Numbered from the stretch's first letter, positions 10,388-19,782 are shown. The stretch: DNA of 64,000 nucleotides from an uncultured Verrucomicrobia subdivision 3 bacterium (GCA_903820285.1 CAIJGS010000068.1:2214-66213); one strand, 5' to 3'. Made by a program: numbers and translations. The notes: generated from the letters alone by a model not told the origin.

Positions 10388-10771
10388 TCAGTGTTCCGCC
10401 AGCAGCCGGTTCATCTGGCGCAGACGTTCCGCCAGCACTTTCATGACGTGCGTGGCGAAAAACGGATTTTGCTGGATGAGAAAATGAAAGCGCCGCTGGT
10501 CGATTTTCACGAGCTTGGAGGCTTCCTTGGCCGTGACCGTGGCGATGCGCGGGGCTTGGTCAATCAGGGCCAGTTCGCCAATGATCGCACCGCGCGTGGA
10601 GGTTTCCACCACCTTGCCGGAAACCTGGATTTCCAGCGCGCCTTCCAGCACCACGTACATGCCGTCACCCGCATCACCTTCGCGAAAGAGCGTGTCGCCC
10701 GGCGCCAGATTGGTGGTGTCGGTCTGATGGGCAAATAATTCCGCCGGATTCATCCTGTCATGATTAGGCAA
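10388..10771 (-). CDS. stand-alone cyclic-nucleotide-binding domain protein
   Basis: 127 aa. GDxLFREGDxGDGMYVVLEG...IGELALID..PRIATVTA is the Crp/PKA-type cNMP-binding signature. No HTH or other output domain. Confidence 0.8.
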   Translation of the reverse strand: MPNHDRMNPAELFAHQTDTTNLAPGDTLFREGDAGDGMYVVLEGALEIQVSGKVVETSTRGAIIGELALIDQAPRIATVTAKEASKLVKIDQRRFHFLIQQNPFFATHVMKVLAERLRQMNRLLAEH

Positions 10772-10854
10772 TAGCCGGATGACTTCAAGTTACGAACAGG
10801 TGACATTTACGAGCCGGCCGGATGGCTTTAAACACGATCGGTTAAGTTCGGGCT

Positions 10855-12570
10855 TTACGCCTCAAAATTCTTCAACCTCCGCATACTCAGACGCAACGGC
10901 AGCCAGCCCACCGCCAGCGACAGCGCGACGAAAGTCAGGAGACTTAACATGATCCAGGCGGTATGGGTATGGAAGCCGCCGCCGCCAAACACGAGGAGTG
11001 TGAGCGAGGCAATGATATAGACGGAACTCAGAACAAAGCAAAGGGTGCCGCCGAAGCCGCTGACAATTTTGTTCGGGTTGGTTTCCTTCAGGTTTGGATA
11101 GAGCACGCCCAGCCCGATCGCGAGGCCGTTCAGGGCAAAGGTCATGACCGTTACTACGGCGGCGAAAAAGGCGACATCCGTCCAGACCATGTTCAGCAGA
11201 TAGCAGGAGAGCGTGACGAGGCCGAGTGTGACGAACAAGGACAGAACGCTGGCGAGCCAGTATTTGGTTTTGACGATACGTTGGAGGCCCATGGGCGACA
11301 TGCCCACGATCCACAGGCGGCGGCCTTCCAGGGAAAACTGGGGAAACACAAACCGGGTGGTGACGGAAGCGAGGTTGAACGCGCAGGCACCGAGGTTCAG
11401 GAAAGCGACGGCATTGATCCAAAAGGGGCTGCTGAGCTGATGGGTGAAATTCCGGAGGTTGATGATGTAAGCACCCAGCAGGCCGAAAAACATAACCGAC
11501 TGGCCCCATTGGGTGGTGTCGCGCCAGAACATGCGGATATCCTTCACGGCGAGGGCGCGGGTATCCGGGGCGAAACAGGTCATTTTAGCGGCCATCCGTT
11601 CCAGCAGACCGGGGGCATGGCCCGGATTATTCCCGCTCCAAAGCCGGTTTTTCCCCTGACCGCTGCCCCGGCTCTGCACGGCTGAGGCAGTATTGTAGAA
11701 GAGTTTGCCAAAGCGGGTAAACGCGATGCCGCCAAAAAACAGCGTATGGCTGAGGAGCACGGCGGCAAAGAAGATGGCTTCGCGCGTGATGCCTTCGGCC
11801 CATTGCAGCACGGCGGTTGAAAGCCAGTAGCTGGGCAGGAACGGAAACAGGGTGAAGCGAGTTTTGGCCAGCAACCGGTCCAGCGCCTCCAGCGTCCGCT
11901 TGTCCAGCAATTCGTCATCCACGGGATTGGATTTCCACCAGAAAGCGACGAACGCCAGTAAAACCATCGCGAGCACCACCAGCATCACCTGAAAATTCCG
12001 ACGGTCCAGATGCCGTCCGATGATGATGGCCAGCCAAGACCCGAGCACGCCCGGCAGCACCACGAAGATGCCGATGAGCATGGCGGTGAGCGGATAAAAA
12101 TGCCAGGGCACGTCGCGCACCAACCCAAAGGCCACCAACAGCGGCGCGATCAGAAACAAAAAGGCCCACGAGGCCAGCACCACCGATTCAATGAATTTCC
12201 ACCGGAAAATGGTTTCGTTGCTCACCGGCAGGGTCAGCAAAAAGGCCGTTTCCCGGTTTTTGAACAGATTCGTATAGGAGATAATGAGGTTGCTCAGTAG
12301 CAGCAGCCCGAACAGAAAGGCAAACAGAGTATAAAGCAGCCGCTCGGTCAGCACTGGGCCCAGGCCGGGGAATTTGGCAATGAACTTAAGTCCATAATAG
12401 AACAGTTCAAAGGACAGTGCCAGATAGGCCGCCAGAAAAAGGCTGATAATGGAGGTCAGCAGCCGGGATTGCTGCCGGATCGCCAGCAGCCGCCGCCAGC
12501 TGTGGATGAGGTTCACCCGCAACAACAACAGGAGCAACGATGATTTTAACTGGGCGGCAATTCCCGGCAC
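10855..12570 (-). CDS. polytopic membrane protein, ABC-2/putative-exporter-like permease
   Basis: 571 aa with at least 10 hydrophobic helices. The central KDIRMFWRDTTQWGQ motif resembles ABC-2 type or putative ABC exporter permeases. No ATPase gene is adjacent. Confidence 0.55.
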   Translation of the reverse strand: MPGIAAQLKSSLLLLLLRVNLIHSWRRLLAIRQQSRLLTSIISLFLAAYLALSFELFYYGLKFIAKFPGLGPVLTERLLYTLFAFLFGLLLLSNLIISYTNLFKNRETAFLLTLPVSNETIFRWKFIESVVLASWAFLFLIAPLLVAFGLVRDVPWHFYPLTAMLIGIFVVLPGVLGSWLAIIIGRHLDRRNFQVMLVVLAMVLLAFVAFWWKSNPVDDELLDKRTLEALDRLLAKTRFTLFPFLPSYWLSTAVLQWAEGITREAIFFAAVLLSHTLFFGGIAFTRFGKLFYNTASAVQSRGSGQGKNRLWSGNNPGHAPGLLERMAAKMTCFAPDTRALAVKDIRMFWRDTTQWGQSVMFFGLLGAYIINLRNFTHQLSSPFWINAVAFLNLGACAFNLASVTTRFVFPQFSLEGRRLWIVGMSPMGLQRIVKTKYWLASVLSLFVTLGLVTLSCYLLNMVWTDVAFFAAVVTVMTFALNGLAIGLGVLYPNLKETNPNKIVSGFGGTLCFVLSSVYIIASLTLLVFGGGGFHTHTAWIMLSLLTFVALSLAVGWLPLRLSMRRLKNFEA

Positions 12571-12648
12571 GCGTCCAACCTAACGTGGGAATTGAACGGA
12601 TGCAATGCTTGCGGTGTCGAATTTCCCGGTTAAAGTGGATGGCAAGGC

Positions 12649-13437
12649 GTGGAAATTATTCCCAAATCAATCAGCCGGCGCAAATTCATAGGCGCCACCC
12701 TGCTGGCGGCTGCTGCAATGGCGGGAGCCGAGGGTAAGTGTCTGGAGCCAACTTGGCTGAAGGTCAGGCGGGTGCGGCTGGGCGCGGAAGGTCTGGGCCT
12801 CCGGCTGGTTCATTTCTCGGATTTGCATCATAAAGGCAACCGGGCCTATTTGCAGTCCGTGGTGGATGAGATCAACGCCCTCAAACCGGATTTTGCCTGT
12901 TTTACCGGCGACCTCGTGGAATCCCGCCAGTTTCTGCCCGAAACATTGGAAATTCTTTCAGGCATCAAAGTGCCGCTATATGGCGTGCCCGGCAACCATG
13001 ATTATTGGAGCCGCATTTCCTTTGCGCCGGTCATCGCCTGCTTTAACGCCACGGGCGGGGCCTGGCTGCAGCATGACCGCCGTCGGTTGGCGGACGGAAA
13101 AATCAACCTCATCGGGGCCGGCGGGCTATATTGCAATCCGGGTCTGCCGCCGTCAGATCCGGCTGCGCTGAACATTCTGCTCATGCATTATCCAGCCTGG
13201 GCCAAAAAACTGAAGGATCGCCGGTTTGACTTGGTGCTGGCTGGCCATTCCCATGGCGGTCAGGTGCGGATTCCCTTTTATGGCTCCGTCATCGTGCCAT
13301 CCTCGGTGGAGGAATATGACCTGGGGCTGTATGCCAGCCCGGCGGGGCCGTTATATGTGAATCCCGGCATCGGTTATCTGGGCAGGTTCAACTTCCGTTT
13401 CAACTGCCGGCCGGAAATCACGGTGTTTGATGTTTAG
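12649..13437 (+). CDS. Tat-signal metallophosphoesterase (YaeI-like)
   Basis: GTG start, twin-arginine signal SRRKFIGATLLAAAAMAGA, and calcineurin-like motifs DLH, GDLV, GNHD, GHSHGG. Confidence 0.85.
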   Translation: MEIIPKSISRRKFIGATLLAAAAMAGAEGKCLEPTWLKVRRVRLGAEGLGLRLVHFSDLHHKGNRAYLQSVVDEINALKPDFACFTGDLVESRQFLPETLEILSGIKVPLYGVPGNHDYWSRISFAPVIACFNATGGAWLQHDRRRLADGKINLIGAGGLYCNPGLPPSDPAALNILLMHYPAWAKKLKDRRFDLVLAGHSHGGQVRIPFYGSVIVPSSVEEYDLGLYASPAGPLYVNPGIGYLGRFNFRFNCRPEITVFDV

Positions 13438-13564
13438 TGGGTCCGGGAAGAACCCTTGCATGGGCAGGTGACTGGCCCTTATGCTAAGAGCTGACCGCTT
13501 CGCCACTCATAAGCGATGGACAATTAACCTTTAGTCAGTGCGCGGGCTGCGGCATCATTTCATC

Positions 13565-14140
13565 ATGGAACGGTCGGAAGCGGAACTCATTGCAGCGGTG
13601 CTGTCGGGCGACAGCACCAGCTTTGAGCCGTTGGTGCAGAAGTACTCCCCGCGCGTGTTTGCCACGGCGCGGCGATATGCCCGCCGAGACAGCGAAGTGG
13701 AGGATATTGCCCAGGAAGTCTGGCTGAAGGCGTTTGACAAACTTAAGACCTTCCGGGGCGAGGCTCCGTTCGAGCACTGGCTCATGCGCATGACCGTGCG
13801 GACCTGCTACGATTTTCTGCGCAGCCACCAGCGAAACCGCGAATCGGCCTTCAGCGAGATTTCCGAACCGGAAGAGGACTGGCTGGAACGGTTTGTGGCC
13901 GAACCAGGCAGTGCTGCCGAGGATGCGGATGCGGCCAAACTGCTGGTGGACCGGGTCTTGGAGAAGCTGTCGCCCGCCGCCCGCCTGGTGGTGACCCTGC
14001 TGGAGATTGAGGACCGTTCGGTGAAGGAAATCGCCGAAATCACCGGCTGGTCCGTGCCCCTGGTAAAAGTACGGGCTTTTCGCGCGCGCGCGGAAATGCG
14101 AAAAATAGTGGCGCGCATGGCCAAGGAGAAGTATTTGTAA
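13565..14140 (+). CDS. ECF-type RNA polymerase sigma-70 family factor
   Basis: Region 2 (DIAQEVWLKAF) and region 4 HTH (RSVKEIAEITGWSVPLVKVRAFRAR). ATG at 13565 is preferred over the upstream GTG at 13538. Confidence 0.85.
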   Translation: MERSEAELIAAVLSGDSTSFEPLVQKYSPRVFATARRYARRDSEVEDIAQEVWLKAFDKLKTFRGEAPFEHWLMRMTVRTCYDFLRSHQRNRESAFSEISEPEEDWLERFVAEPGSAAEDADAAKLLVDRVLEKLSPAARLVVTLLEIEDRSVKEIAEITGWSVPLVKVRAFRARAEMRKIVARMAKEKYL

Positions 14141-14179
14141 CCCTTAAAGGAACCTGACCGTCAACCTAAATGAGCGTGT

Positions 14180-14488
14180 ATGAACATCGCTGAACTCCAA
14201 AAGAAGCTGATCGCAGCTGCCCGGTTGGAAAAACCGGATGTCCGTGTGCCCTATGCGTTTGAAAAGCGCATCATGGCTCATTTGGACGCGCGTGCCGTGA
14301 ACCATCGCTGGGTGTCCGCCTGGACGCACAGTCTGTGGCGCGCGGCGGTGTCGTGCGTCGTCGTCGCCATGCTGTTTGGCGTCTGGACGATTTTGGAGCC
14401 GGCGGGTGCCCCGGCATCGGATGATCTCTCCATGGATTTTCAAAACACGCTGCTGGCTTCGGTTGACCAGGGCGACAACGCGCCGTGA
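14180..14488 (+). CDS. single-pass membrane protein, putative anti-sigma factor
   Basis: 102 aa with one TM helix (AAVSCVVVAMLFGVWTIL). Lies immediately after the ECF sigma gene; the assignment is by position only. Confidence 0.4.
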   Translation: MNIAELQKKLIAAARLEKPDVRVPYAFEKRIMAHLDARAVNHRWVSAWTHSLWRAAVSCVVVAMLFGVWTILEPAGAPASDDLSMDFQNTLLASVDQGDNAP

Positions 14489-14985
14489 ACAACTGGAAAG
14501 TCATTTTTGCCACGGTCATCATTTTCGGTGCCGGTGTCATCACCGGTGGCCTTTTGGTGAATTACGTCCATCTCTCCGAACGCCATGGCGGTTCGCATAA
14601 AACCGCCGCCCAGCCCCCGCCCGGTACGAATGTGACGGTGCAAGCCACGGGCACCAATCCGGCGATGGGGACCATCCGTTTGTCCGAAGTCTTGAACAAA
14701 TCTTTCCTGTCCAAGCTCGATACCGCACTGGCGTTGACGCCGGAGCAGCACAAATGCATTGATAAAATCATCGCCGCTGGTCAGGACCCGATGCGGAAGG
14801 TAATGGTGGATGTGAGTCATAACATTCGCGAGCAGCTTACCCCCGACCAGCGTAAAAAGTATGATGATTTGCTGAAACCGTTTCGTCCTACCGGTCCCCA
14901 CCACCCCGCCCAAGCGACGAATCAGCCCAGTGTGACGGTGCCGACGAATTCTCCATCAGTGAAGACTAATTTTGGTAGTATTTGA
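14485..14985 (+). CDS. membrane-anchored periplasmic LTXXQ-motif protein (Spy/CpxP-like)
   Basis: 4-nt overlap with the preceding ORF, an N-terminal TM anchor and two LTXXQ motifs (LTPEQ, LTPDQ). Confidence 0.55.
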   Translation: MNNWKVIFATVIIFGAGVITGGLLVNYVHLSERHGGSHKTAAQPPPGTNVTVQATGTNPAMGTIRLSEVLNKSFLSKLDTALALTPEQHKCIDKIIAAGQDPMRKVMVDVSHNIREQLTPDQRKKYDDLLKPFRPTGPHHPAQATNQPSVTVPTNSPSVKTNFGSI

Positions 14986-15049
14986 CCTAAAATGCGGGTT
15001 GAATAACGGCCTGCAACGTTAAAGCATGTTGTTTTAAATGGTGTGATTC

Positions 15050-15081
15050 AAAACAAAAATCCAGCGGATTACTCCGCTTGG
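15050..15081 (-). terminator. weak candidate intrinsic terminator after the tmk-like pair
   Basis: On the minus strand: ccaagcgg-agtaat-ccgctgg followed by atttttgtttt. The stem is short (5-6 bp). Confidence 0.3.
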
Positions 15082-15119
15082 TTTGTCACTTTAAAGTAAA
15101 ATGTGGTTCAGCTGGCCGT

Positions 15120-15821
15120 TTATTCATTATCCAAGAGCAGGCTGATTTTTTTACGCAGCTCTTTGTTCACCGCGCTGACGGAGCGGTTAGCGTCCACGAT
15201 ATCAAATTTGTACGTCTTCTGGAGCTGGCGGAAAGCATCGCTCATGGCCGCCTGATATTTCAGGAAGCTGTCGAAGACTTCGCGGGAAAAGCCCAAGTCC
15301 ATGCCACTCTCCCAGTAATCCAAGGTGGCGTTTTTGGACAGATTTCGCTGCACCAGCTCTTCCGGTGTCACCGAAAGGTAGAATACGGCATCCGGTATGG
15401 GGGCGATGCCATACAGATTTTTCAGCCAGCTTTCATCCATGCCACGAACCATGTCGCGGGCCATCAAGGTATAGATATAGCGGTCGGCCAGCACAATGAA
15501 GCCGGCCTTGAGAGCAGGCAAAATGATATTTTCGAGCTGATCGGCAAAATCGGTAGCATAAAAAAGACCCAATGTTGTGCGGCTCAATACATTGCCTTCC
15601 TGAGCCTTCTGGAGCTCCTCGCTGACCAAGGTGGAGCGTTTGAGTCCGACCTGTACGGTGGGGCGGCCGCCAGTTTCGAGCCAATCCACCAACTGGGCGA
15701 TCTGGGTGGAGCGTCCGGAGCCGTCCGCCCCTTCCATTACAATCAATTTGCCGCCCAAGTCCTCGGATTTGACTCCGGGAATGCCATGTCCGTAAAAGCG
15801 ATGCGTCGATTTGACACTCAT
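15120..15821 (-). CDS. thymidylate-kinase-like protein with Arg in place of the P-loop Lys
   Basis: 233 aa with P-loop GADGSGRST (R codon at 15711..15713) and a DRY motif (ADRYIYT). Carries a 30-aa N-terminal extension relative to typical Tmk. Confidence 0.75.
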   Translation of the reverse strand: MSVKSTHRFYGHGIPGVKSEDLGGKLIVMEGADGSGRSTQIAQLVDWLETGGRPTVQVGLKRSTLVSEELQKAQEGNVLSRTTLGLFYATDFADQLENIILPALKAGFIVLADRYIYTLMARDMVRGMDESWLKNLYGIAPIPDAVFYLSVTPEELVQRNLSKNATLDYWESGMDLGFSREVFDSFLKYQAAMSDAFRQLQKTYKFDIVDANRSVSAVNKELRKKISLLLDNE

Positions 15822-16570
15822 GCGGCCTTGTCCTCCTCTCCTTCGTGGTGGTGCTCGCGATCCGCCGACAGTGCCGGCGGTAGCGGCAGCGGGCTGCGGC
15901 GTTTGAATTGTTTCAGGTCGATATGTTCGCTGACCAGCTTGCGGACGATCACCTGCTGCTTTTCCACGGGCTGGTTGGCATCCATGATCATGAAATTGAA
16001 TTCTTTGCTCATGGCCAAGTACTGGTCAAGGATGCGGCCTTGGAAAATCTTGAAACTCTGATAGGGATCGGGGGAAAGCCGGAGGTCCATGCCGGCTTCG
16101 AAAAATTTCAATTTCGGGCGGCCTTCCAGGATGCGGTTTAGCGAAACATCAAGGTCGGCTTTGAAAAACATGGTCAAATCCGGGGCACAGGCGAAGCTGT
16201 AATTGCCGCGCACCCATTCCGGCGGACAACCGCGGGTGACATCGCGGGCGAAGGCGGTGAAAACATAACGGTCACAGAGCACGATATAACCGGCGCGCAG
16301 CAGGGGAACCAGATGGCGTTCATAGCGATCGGCAAAATCGGTCGCGTGGATGAGGCTGAAGGTGGTGGGGGTGAGCAGTTCGCGTTTCTTACCCTTGCTG
16401 GTGGCGGATTTGACCAGTTCGGAGGAATTCCACTCGCTGAAATAGACCTTGATGCCCTCCGCTTCGAGCCAGCGTTTGAGCAGGTAGATTTGCGTGGACT
16501 TGCCGGAGCCGTCCAAGCCTTCAACGGCGATCAGGCGCCCCGGAAAATTAGATTCGGCAAACGTTTTCAT
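15818..16570 (-). CDS. thymidylate-kinase-like protein (canonical P-loop)
   Basis: P-loop EGLDGSGKSTQ, DRY motif (CDRYVFT) and a charged C-terminal tail. Start taken at the internal Met (CAT 16568..16570); an alternative start is at 16642. Overlaps the downstream paralogue by 4 nt. Confidence 0.8.
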   Translation of the reverse strand: MKTFAESNFPGRLIAVEGLDGSGKSTQIYLLKRWLEAEGIKVYFSEWNSSELVKSATSKGKKRELLTPTTFSLIHATDFADRYERHLVPLLRAGYIVLCDRYVFTAFARDVTRGCPPEWVRGNYSFACAPDLTMFFKADLDVSLNRILEGRPKLKFFEAGMDLRLSPDPYQSFKIFQGRILDQYLAMSKEFNFMIMDANQPVEKQQVIVRKLVSEHIDLKQFKRRSPLPLPPALSADREHHHEGEEDKAA

Positions 16571-16786
16571 TTCTTGCGACCAACGTGACGTTAAAATGTA
16601 GAGGAATTTCCGCCGGTAACAAGCCCTACTTGTGGTCGTCATTTCTTGTCATTTCCAAGTTAATAAGGGGTGATTAGGCGGGTCACAAGCCCGGCTTGTG
16701 AAAAAAATCACAAATTTGAACTTGCCCGGCCTCCCCCCCATGGGTAGGCTTGAGGTGCGCCTACTTTCTGGCGTTTTTTTATTAAA

Positions 16787-17320
16787 ATGCAGACGCAAAG
16801 CGATTACGCCTACGATTCCAAAATTGAGGGGGATGTCATAGTCACCCGCGTCGATGCCGCCCTGAACTGGTTTCGTGCCAATTCCGTGTGGCCGATGCCC
16901 ATGGGTCTGGCCTGCTGCGCCATCGAGTTGATGGCGGTGGGGGCGAGTCGCTTCGATATTTCCCGTTTTGGCTCCGAAGTGATGCGTTTTTCTCCGCGCC
17001 AGGCCGATTGCATGATTGTGGCCGGCACCGTCACCTACAAAATGGCGGCCGTGCTGAAGCGCATTTACGACCAGATGCCGGAACCCAAGTGGGTGATCGC
17101 GATGGGTGCCTGCGCCTCCACCGGCGGCATGTATCGCAGCTATGCCGTGTTGCAAGGCGTGGACAACATCGTTCCCGTGGATTTGTATATTAGTGGTTGT
17201 CCGCCCCGTCCGGAAGCTGTGCTGGATGCGCTGATGACTTTGCAGAAAAAGATCAGCGGCGAGCCTCTCATCCAGGACCTGAACATCGTCAAGACCCTCA
17301 CCGGGCAAAACAAATCCTGA
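16787..17320 (+). CDS. nuoB: NADH-quinone oxidoreductase subunit B
   Basis: 177 aa with N2 cluster cysteines ([21 protein letters not shown]). Confidence 0.95.
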   Translation: MQTQSDYAYDSKIEGDVIVTRVDAALNWFRANSVWPMPMGLACCAIELMAVGASRFDISRFGSEVMRFSPRQADCMIVAGTVTYKMAAVLKRIYDQMPEPKWVIAMGACASTGGMYRSYAVLQGVDNIVPVDLYISGCPPRPEAVLDALMTLQKKISGEPLIQDLNIVKTLTGQNKS

Positions 17321-17324
17321 TCCT

Positions 17325-17903
17325 GTGACCGCCCTCGAATCTGCCAATCAACTTAAGGCCAAGTTCGGCGACATTCTCTCCGAACCGACGGAATTCCGTG
17401 GCGAAATCAGCCTCAGCCTGGCCGATGCCGAAAAGATTTTTGAAGTGGCCAGCTTTGCGAAGAAGACCTTGGGGTTTGGCTTTCTGGTGGACATTACCAG
17501 CGTGGACAACTACGGCGAAGATCCCCGTTGGACCGTGGTTTACCATCTCCGCAACCTGTCCTTTGATACCGAGTTGCGGATCAAGACGAACGTCAGCGAG
17601 GAAAAGTCCGAGCTGCCCAGCGTCCTCCCGGTCTGGCGCTCGGCCAACTGGCACGAACGCGAAATTTACGACATGATGGGCATCCGCTTTAGCGGCCATC
17701 CCGATCTTCGCCGCATTTTGATGTGGGAAGGGTATCCATATTATCCGTTGCGCAAGGATTTTCCGCTGGCCGGCAAGCCGACGGATCTGCCCAATGTGGC
17801 TTTTACCAAACCCGCCCCGCTCGAAGGCGGACCATTCGTCACCGTGGCCGGTGGCGGGGACTCGATCGGACGCGAACCCCGGGTTCGTAATCCCGAAGAA
17901 TAA
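17325..17903 (+). CDS. nuoC: NADH-quinone oxidoreductase subunit C
   Basis: 30-kDa subunit signature WHEREIYDMMGIRFSGHPDLRRIL. Confidence 0.93.
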   Translation: MTALESANQLKAKFGDILSEPTEFRGEISLSLADAEKIFEVASFAKKTLGFGFLVDITSVDNYGEDPRWTVVYHLRNLSFDTELRIKTNVSEEKSELPSVLPVWRSANWHEREIYDMMGIRFSGHPDLRRILMWEGYPYYPLRKDFPLAGKPTDLPNVAFTKPAPLEGGPFVTVAGGGDSIGREPRVRNPEE

Positions 17904-17917
17904 CACGCTTTGTATCA

Positions 17918-19189
17918 ATGAGCTCGGTTCAAGAGATTGAAATTCGCGATTCCGCTGCGCGCGCTGCGCAGGCGGCGGAAGAGCTGCAGGATGTCCAGGG
18001 CGAACGCATGGTCCTGAACATGGGGCCGTCGCATCCGGCCACGCACGGCGTGCTCCGCATCGTCCTCGAACTGGACGGCGAAGTCATCACCAAGGCGGAT
18101 CCGGATGTGGGGTACTTGCATCGCGGCGATGAAAAGATCGCCGAGAACATGACCTACACCCAGTTCATCCCTTATACGGATCGTCTGGACTATCTCGCGC
18201 CCCTCGCCAGCAATGTCGCCTATGCCCTGGCCGTGGAAAAACTGCTGGGCATTCATGACAAATTGCCCCCGCGCTGCCAGTACATTCGCGTGATGTGCTG
18301 CGAATTGGCCCGCATCTCTGCCCATTTGCTCGGTCTCGGCGCCTTCGCGATGGATACGGGCGCCGTCACGGTGTTCCTGTTGACGTTCACGGAACGCGAA
18401 AAGATTTATAACCTGGCCGAAGCGGCCAGCGGGGCGCGGCTGACGACCAGCTACACCCGCATTGGCGGTCTATTTCGAGATGTTCCGCCTAACTGGTGCG
18501 ACCAAGTCCGCCAGTTTCTCAAGGAATTTGCCGTGGCATTGGCCGAAGCGGAAACGCTGCTCACCCGCAACCGCATCTGGGTGGACCGTCTGCGCGATCT
18601 CGGGGTGGTCTCCAAGGAAATGGCGATTGATTACGGTCTGAGCGGTCCCAATCTGCGCGGCAGCGGCGTGGAATACGATCTCCGCAAAAACCAGCCATAT
18701 CTGTGCTACAAGGATTTGCAGTTTGACATCCCCGTGGGCACGGTGGGCGATTGCTACGATCGTTATCTCGTCCGCATGGAAGAGATGCGTCAGAGCATGC
18801 GCATCCTGGCCCAGTGCGTGGATAAGATTCCCGGTGGCGGCGCCAACGCGTCCAAAGAACCAGTCAATATACCTGATGGCAAAATCACCCTACCCTCGAA
18901 GCAGAAAGTGCTGTCGAGCATGGAGGAATTGATCCACCAGTTCATGCTGGTAACCGAAGGCGTGAACTGTCCGCCCGGCGAAGTTTATTTTGGCCACGAA
19001 AATCCGAAGGGCGAGCTCGGCTTCTATATCAACAGCCGGGGCGGCGGCGTGCCGTATCGCCTCAAGATCCGCGCCCCTTCATTCATCAATCTGAGCATTC
19101 TGGGCGAACTGATGCCTGGTTGCATGATCAGCGACGTGCCGGTCATCCTGGGCTCGCTGGATTTCGTGATGGGTGAAAGCGACCGTTAA
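17918..19189 (+). CDS. nuoD: NADH-quinone oxidoreductase subunit D
   Basis: 49-kDa subunit signature NMGPSHPATHGVLR and a conserved C-terminus (...GSLDFVMGESDR). Confidence 0.95.
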   Translation: MSSVQEIEIRDSAARAAQAAEELQDVQGERMVLNMGPSHPATHGVLRIVLELDGEVITKADPDVGYLHRGDEKIAENMTYTQFIPYTDRLDYLAPLASNVAYALAVEKLLGIHDKLPPRCQYIRVMCCELARISAHLLGLGAFAMDTGAVTVFLLTFTEREKIYNLAEAASGARLTTSYTRIGGLFRDVPPNWCDQVRQFLKEFAVALAEAETLLTRNRIWVDRLRDLGVVSKEMAIDYGLSGPNLRGSGVEYDLRKNQPYLCYKDLQFDIPVGTVGDCYDRYLVRMEEMRQSMRILAQCVDKIPGGGANASKEPVNIPDGKITLPSKQKVLSSMEELIHQFMLVTEGVNCPPGEVYFGHENPKGELGFYINSRGGGVPYRLKIRAPSFINLSILGELMPGCMISDVPVILGSLDFVMGESDR

Positions 19190-19206
19190 GAAAGATTCCG
19201 GATACC

Positions 19207-19692
19207 ATGAGTTTTAAAGTCACAGACAGTCTGGAAGCGGAAGTGAACGAATTGATTTCGCACTACCCGGTGAAACGGGCCGCTTCCCTGATGGTGTTGC
19301 ACGCCATCCAGGCCGAGCACGGCTGGATTTCGCAGGAGTCCATCGAATGGGCCGCGAAGAAGCTGGAGCTGCCGCCGATTAATTTGTACGAGATCGTCAC
19401 GTTTTACCCGATGTTGCGTCAGCATCCGCAGGGGAAATATGCGATCAAGGTCTGCCGCACGCTGAGCTGCGCGCTGGGTGGCGCGTATGAATTGCACCAG
19501 CTGTTTTGCACGCGGCTGGGCCTGGATGCCCACGCGCACGGCCCGCAAACGACCAAGGACGGGAAGTTCACGGTTGAATTTGTGGAATGTCTCGCGAGCT
19601 GCGGAACCGCACCGGTAATGATGGTGGGGGACAAGTTTTACGAAGGCGTAACTCACAAGCAGGCCGACGAAATTTTGGGAAAATGCCAATGA
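19207..19692 (+). CDS. nuoE: NADH-quinone oxidoreductase subunit E
   Basis: 24-kDa subunit with 2Fe-2S cysteines (VCRTLSC ... ECLASCGTAP). Confidence 0.93.
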   Translation: MSFKVTDSLEAEVNELISHYPVKRAASLMVLHAIQAEHGWISQESIEWAAKKLELPPINLYEIVTFYPMLRQHPQGKYAIKVCRTLSCALGGAYELHQLFCTRLGLDAHAHGPQTTKDGKFTVEFVECLASCGTAPVMMVGDKFYEGVTHKQADEILGKCQ

Positions 19693-19694
19693 AA

Positions 19695-19768
19695 TGGCTG
19701 CCCGACATGGATTTGAACCATGACAAAGTGATTCAGAGTCACTTGTGCTACCGTTACACCATCGGGCA
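19695..19768 (-). tRNA. tRNA-Gln (anticodon CUG), CCA encoded
   Basis: Hand-folded cloverleaf on the minus strand. Acceptor TGCCCGA/TCGGGCA, D stem GTGT/GCAC, anticodon stem AGTGA/TCACT with loop CTCTGAA, T arm CATGG-TTCAAAT-CCATG, discriminator G then CCA. Total 74 nt. Confidence 0.9.
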
Positions 19769-19782
19769 GTGATGGGCCGTTT

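Noticed and set aside
16690-16786. Perfect 8-bp hairpin tcacaagc-ccg-gcttgtga and a GC stem plus T7 tract just upstream of nuoB
   Set aside because: The hairpin is followed by an A-run rather than a T-run on the plus strand. The T7 stem is only 5 bp with a wobble, and there is no upstream plus-strand gene to terminate. Not enough to call an attenuator or terminator.
19587-19772. 61-aa ORF bridging the nuoE 3' end and the nuoE-nuoF spacer
   Set aside because: It overlaps the nuoE coding sequence in another frame, and its 3' part is the complement of the tRNA-Gln gene. It is explained by those two features.
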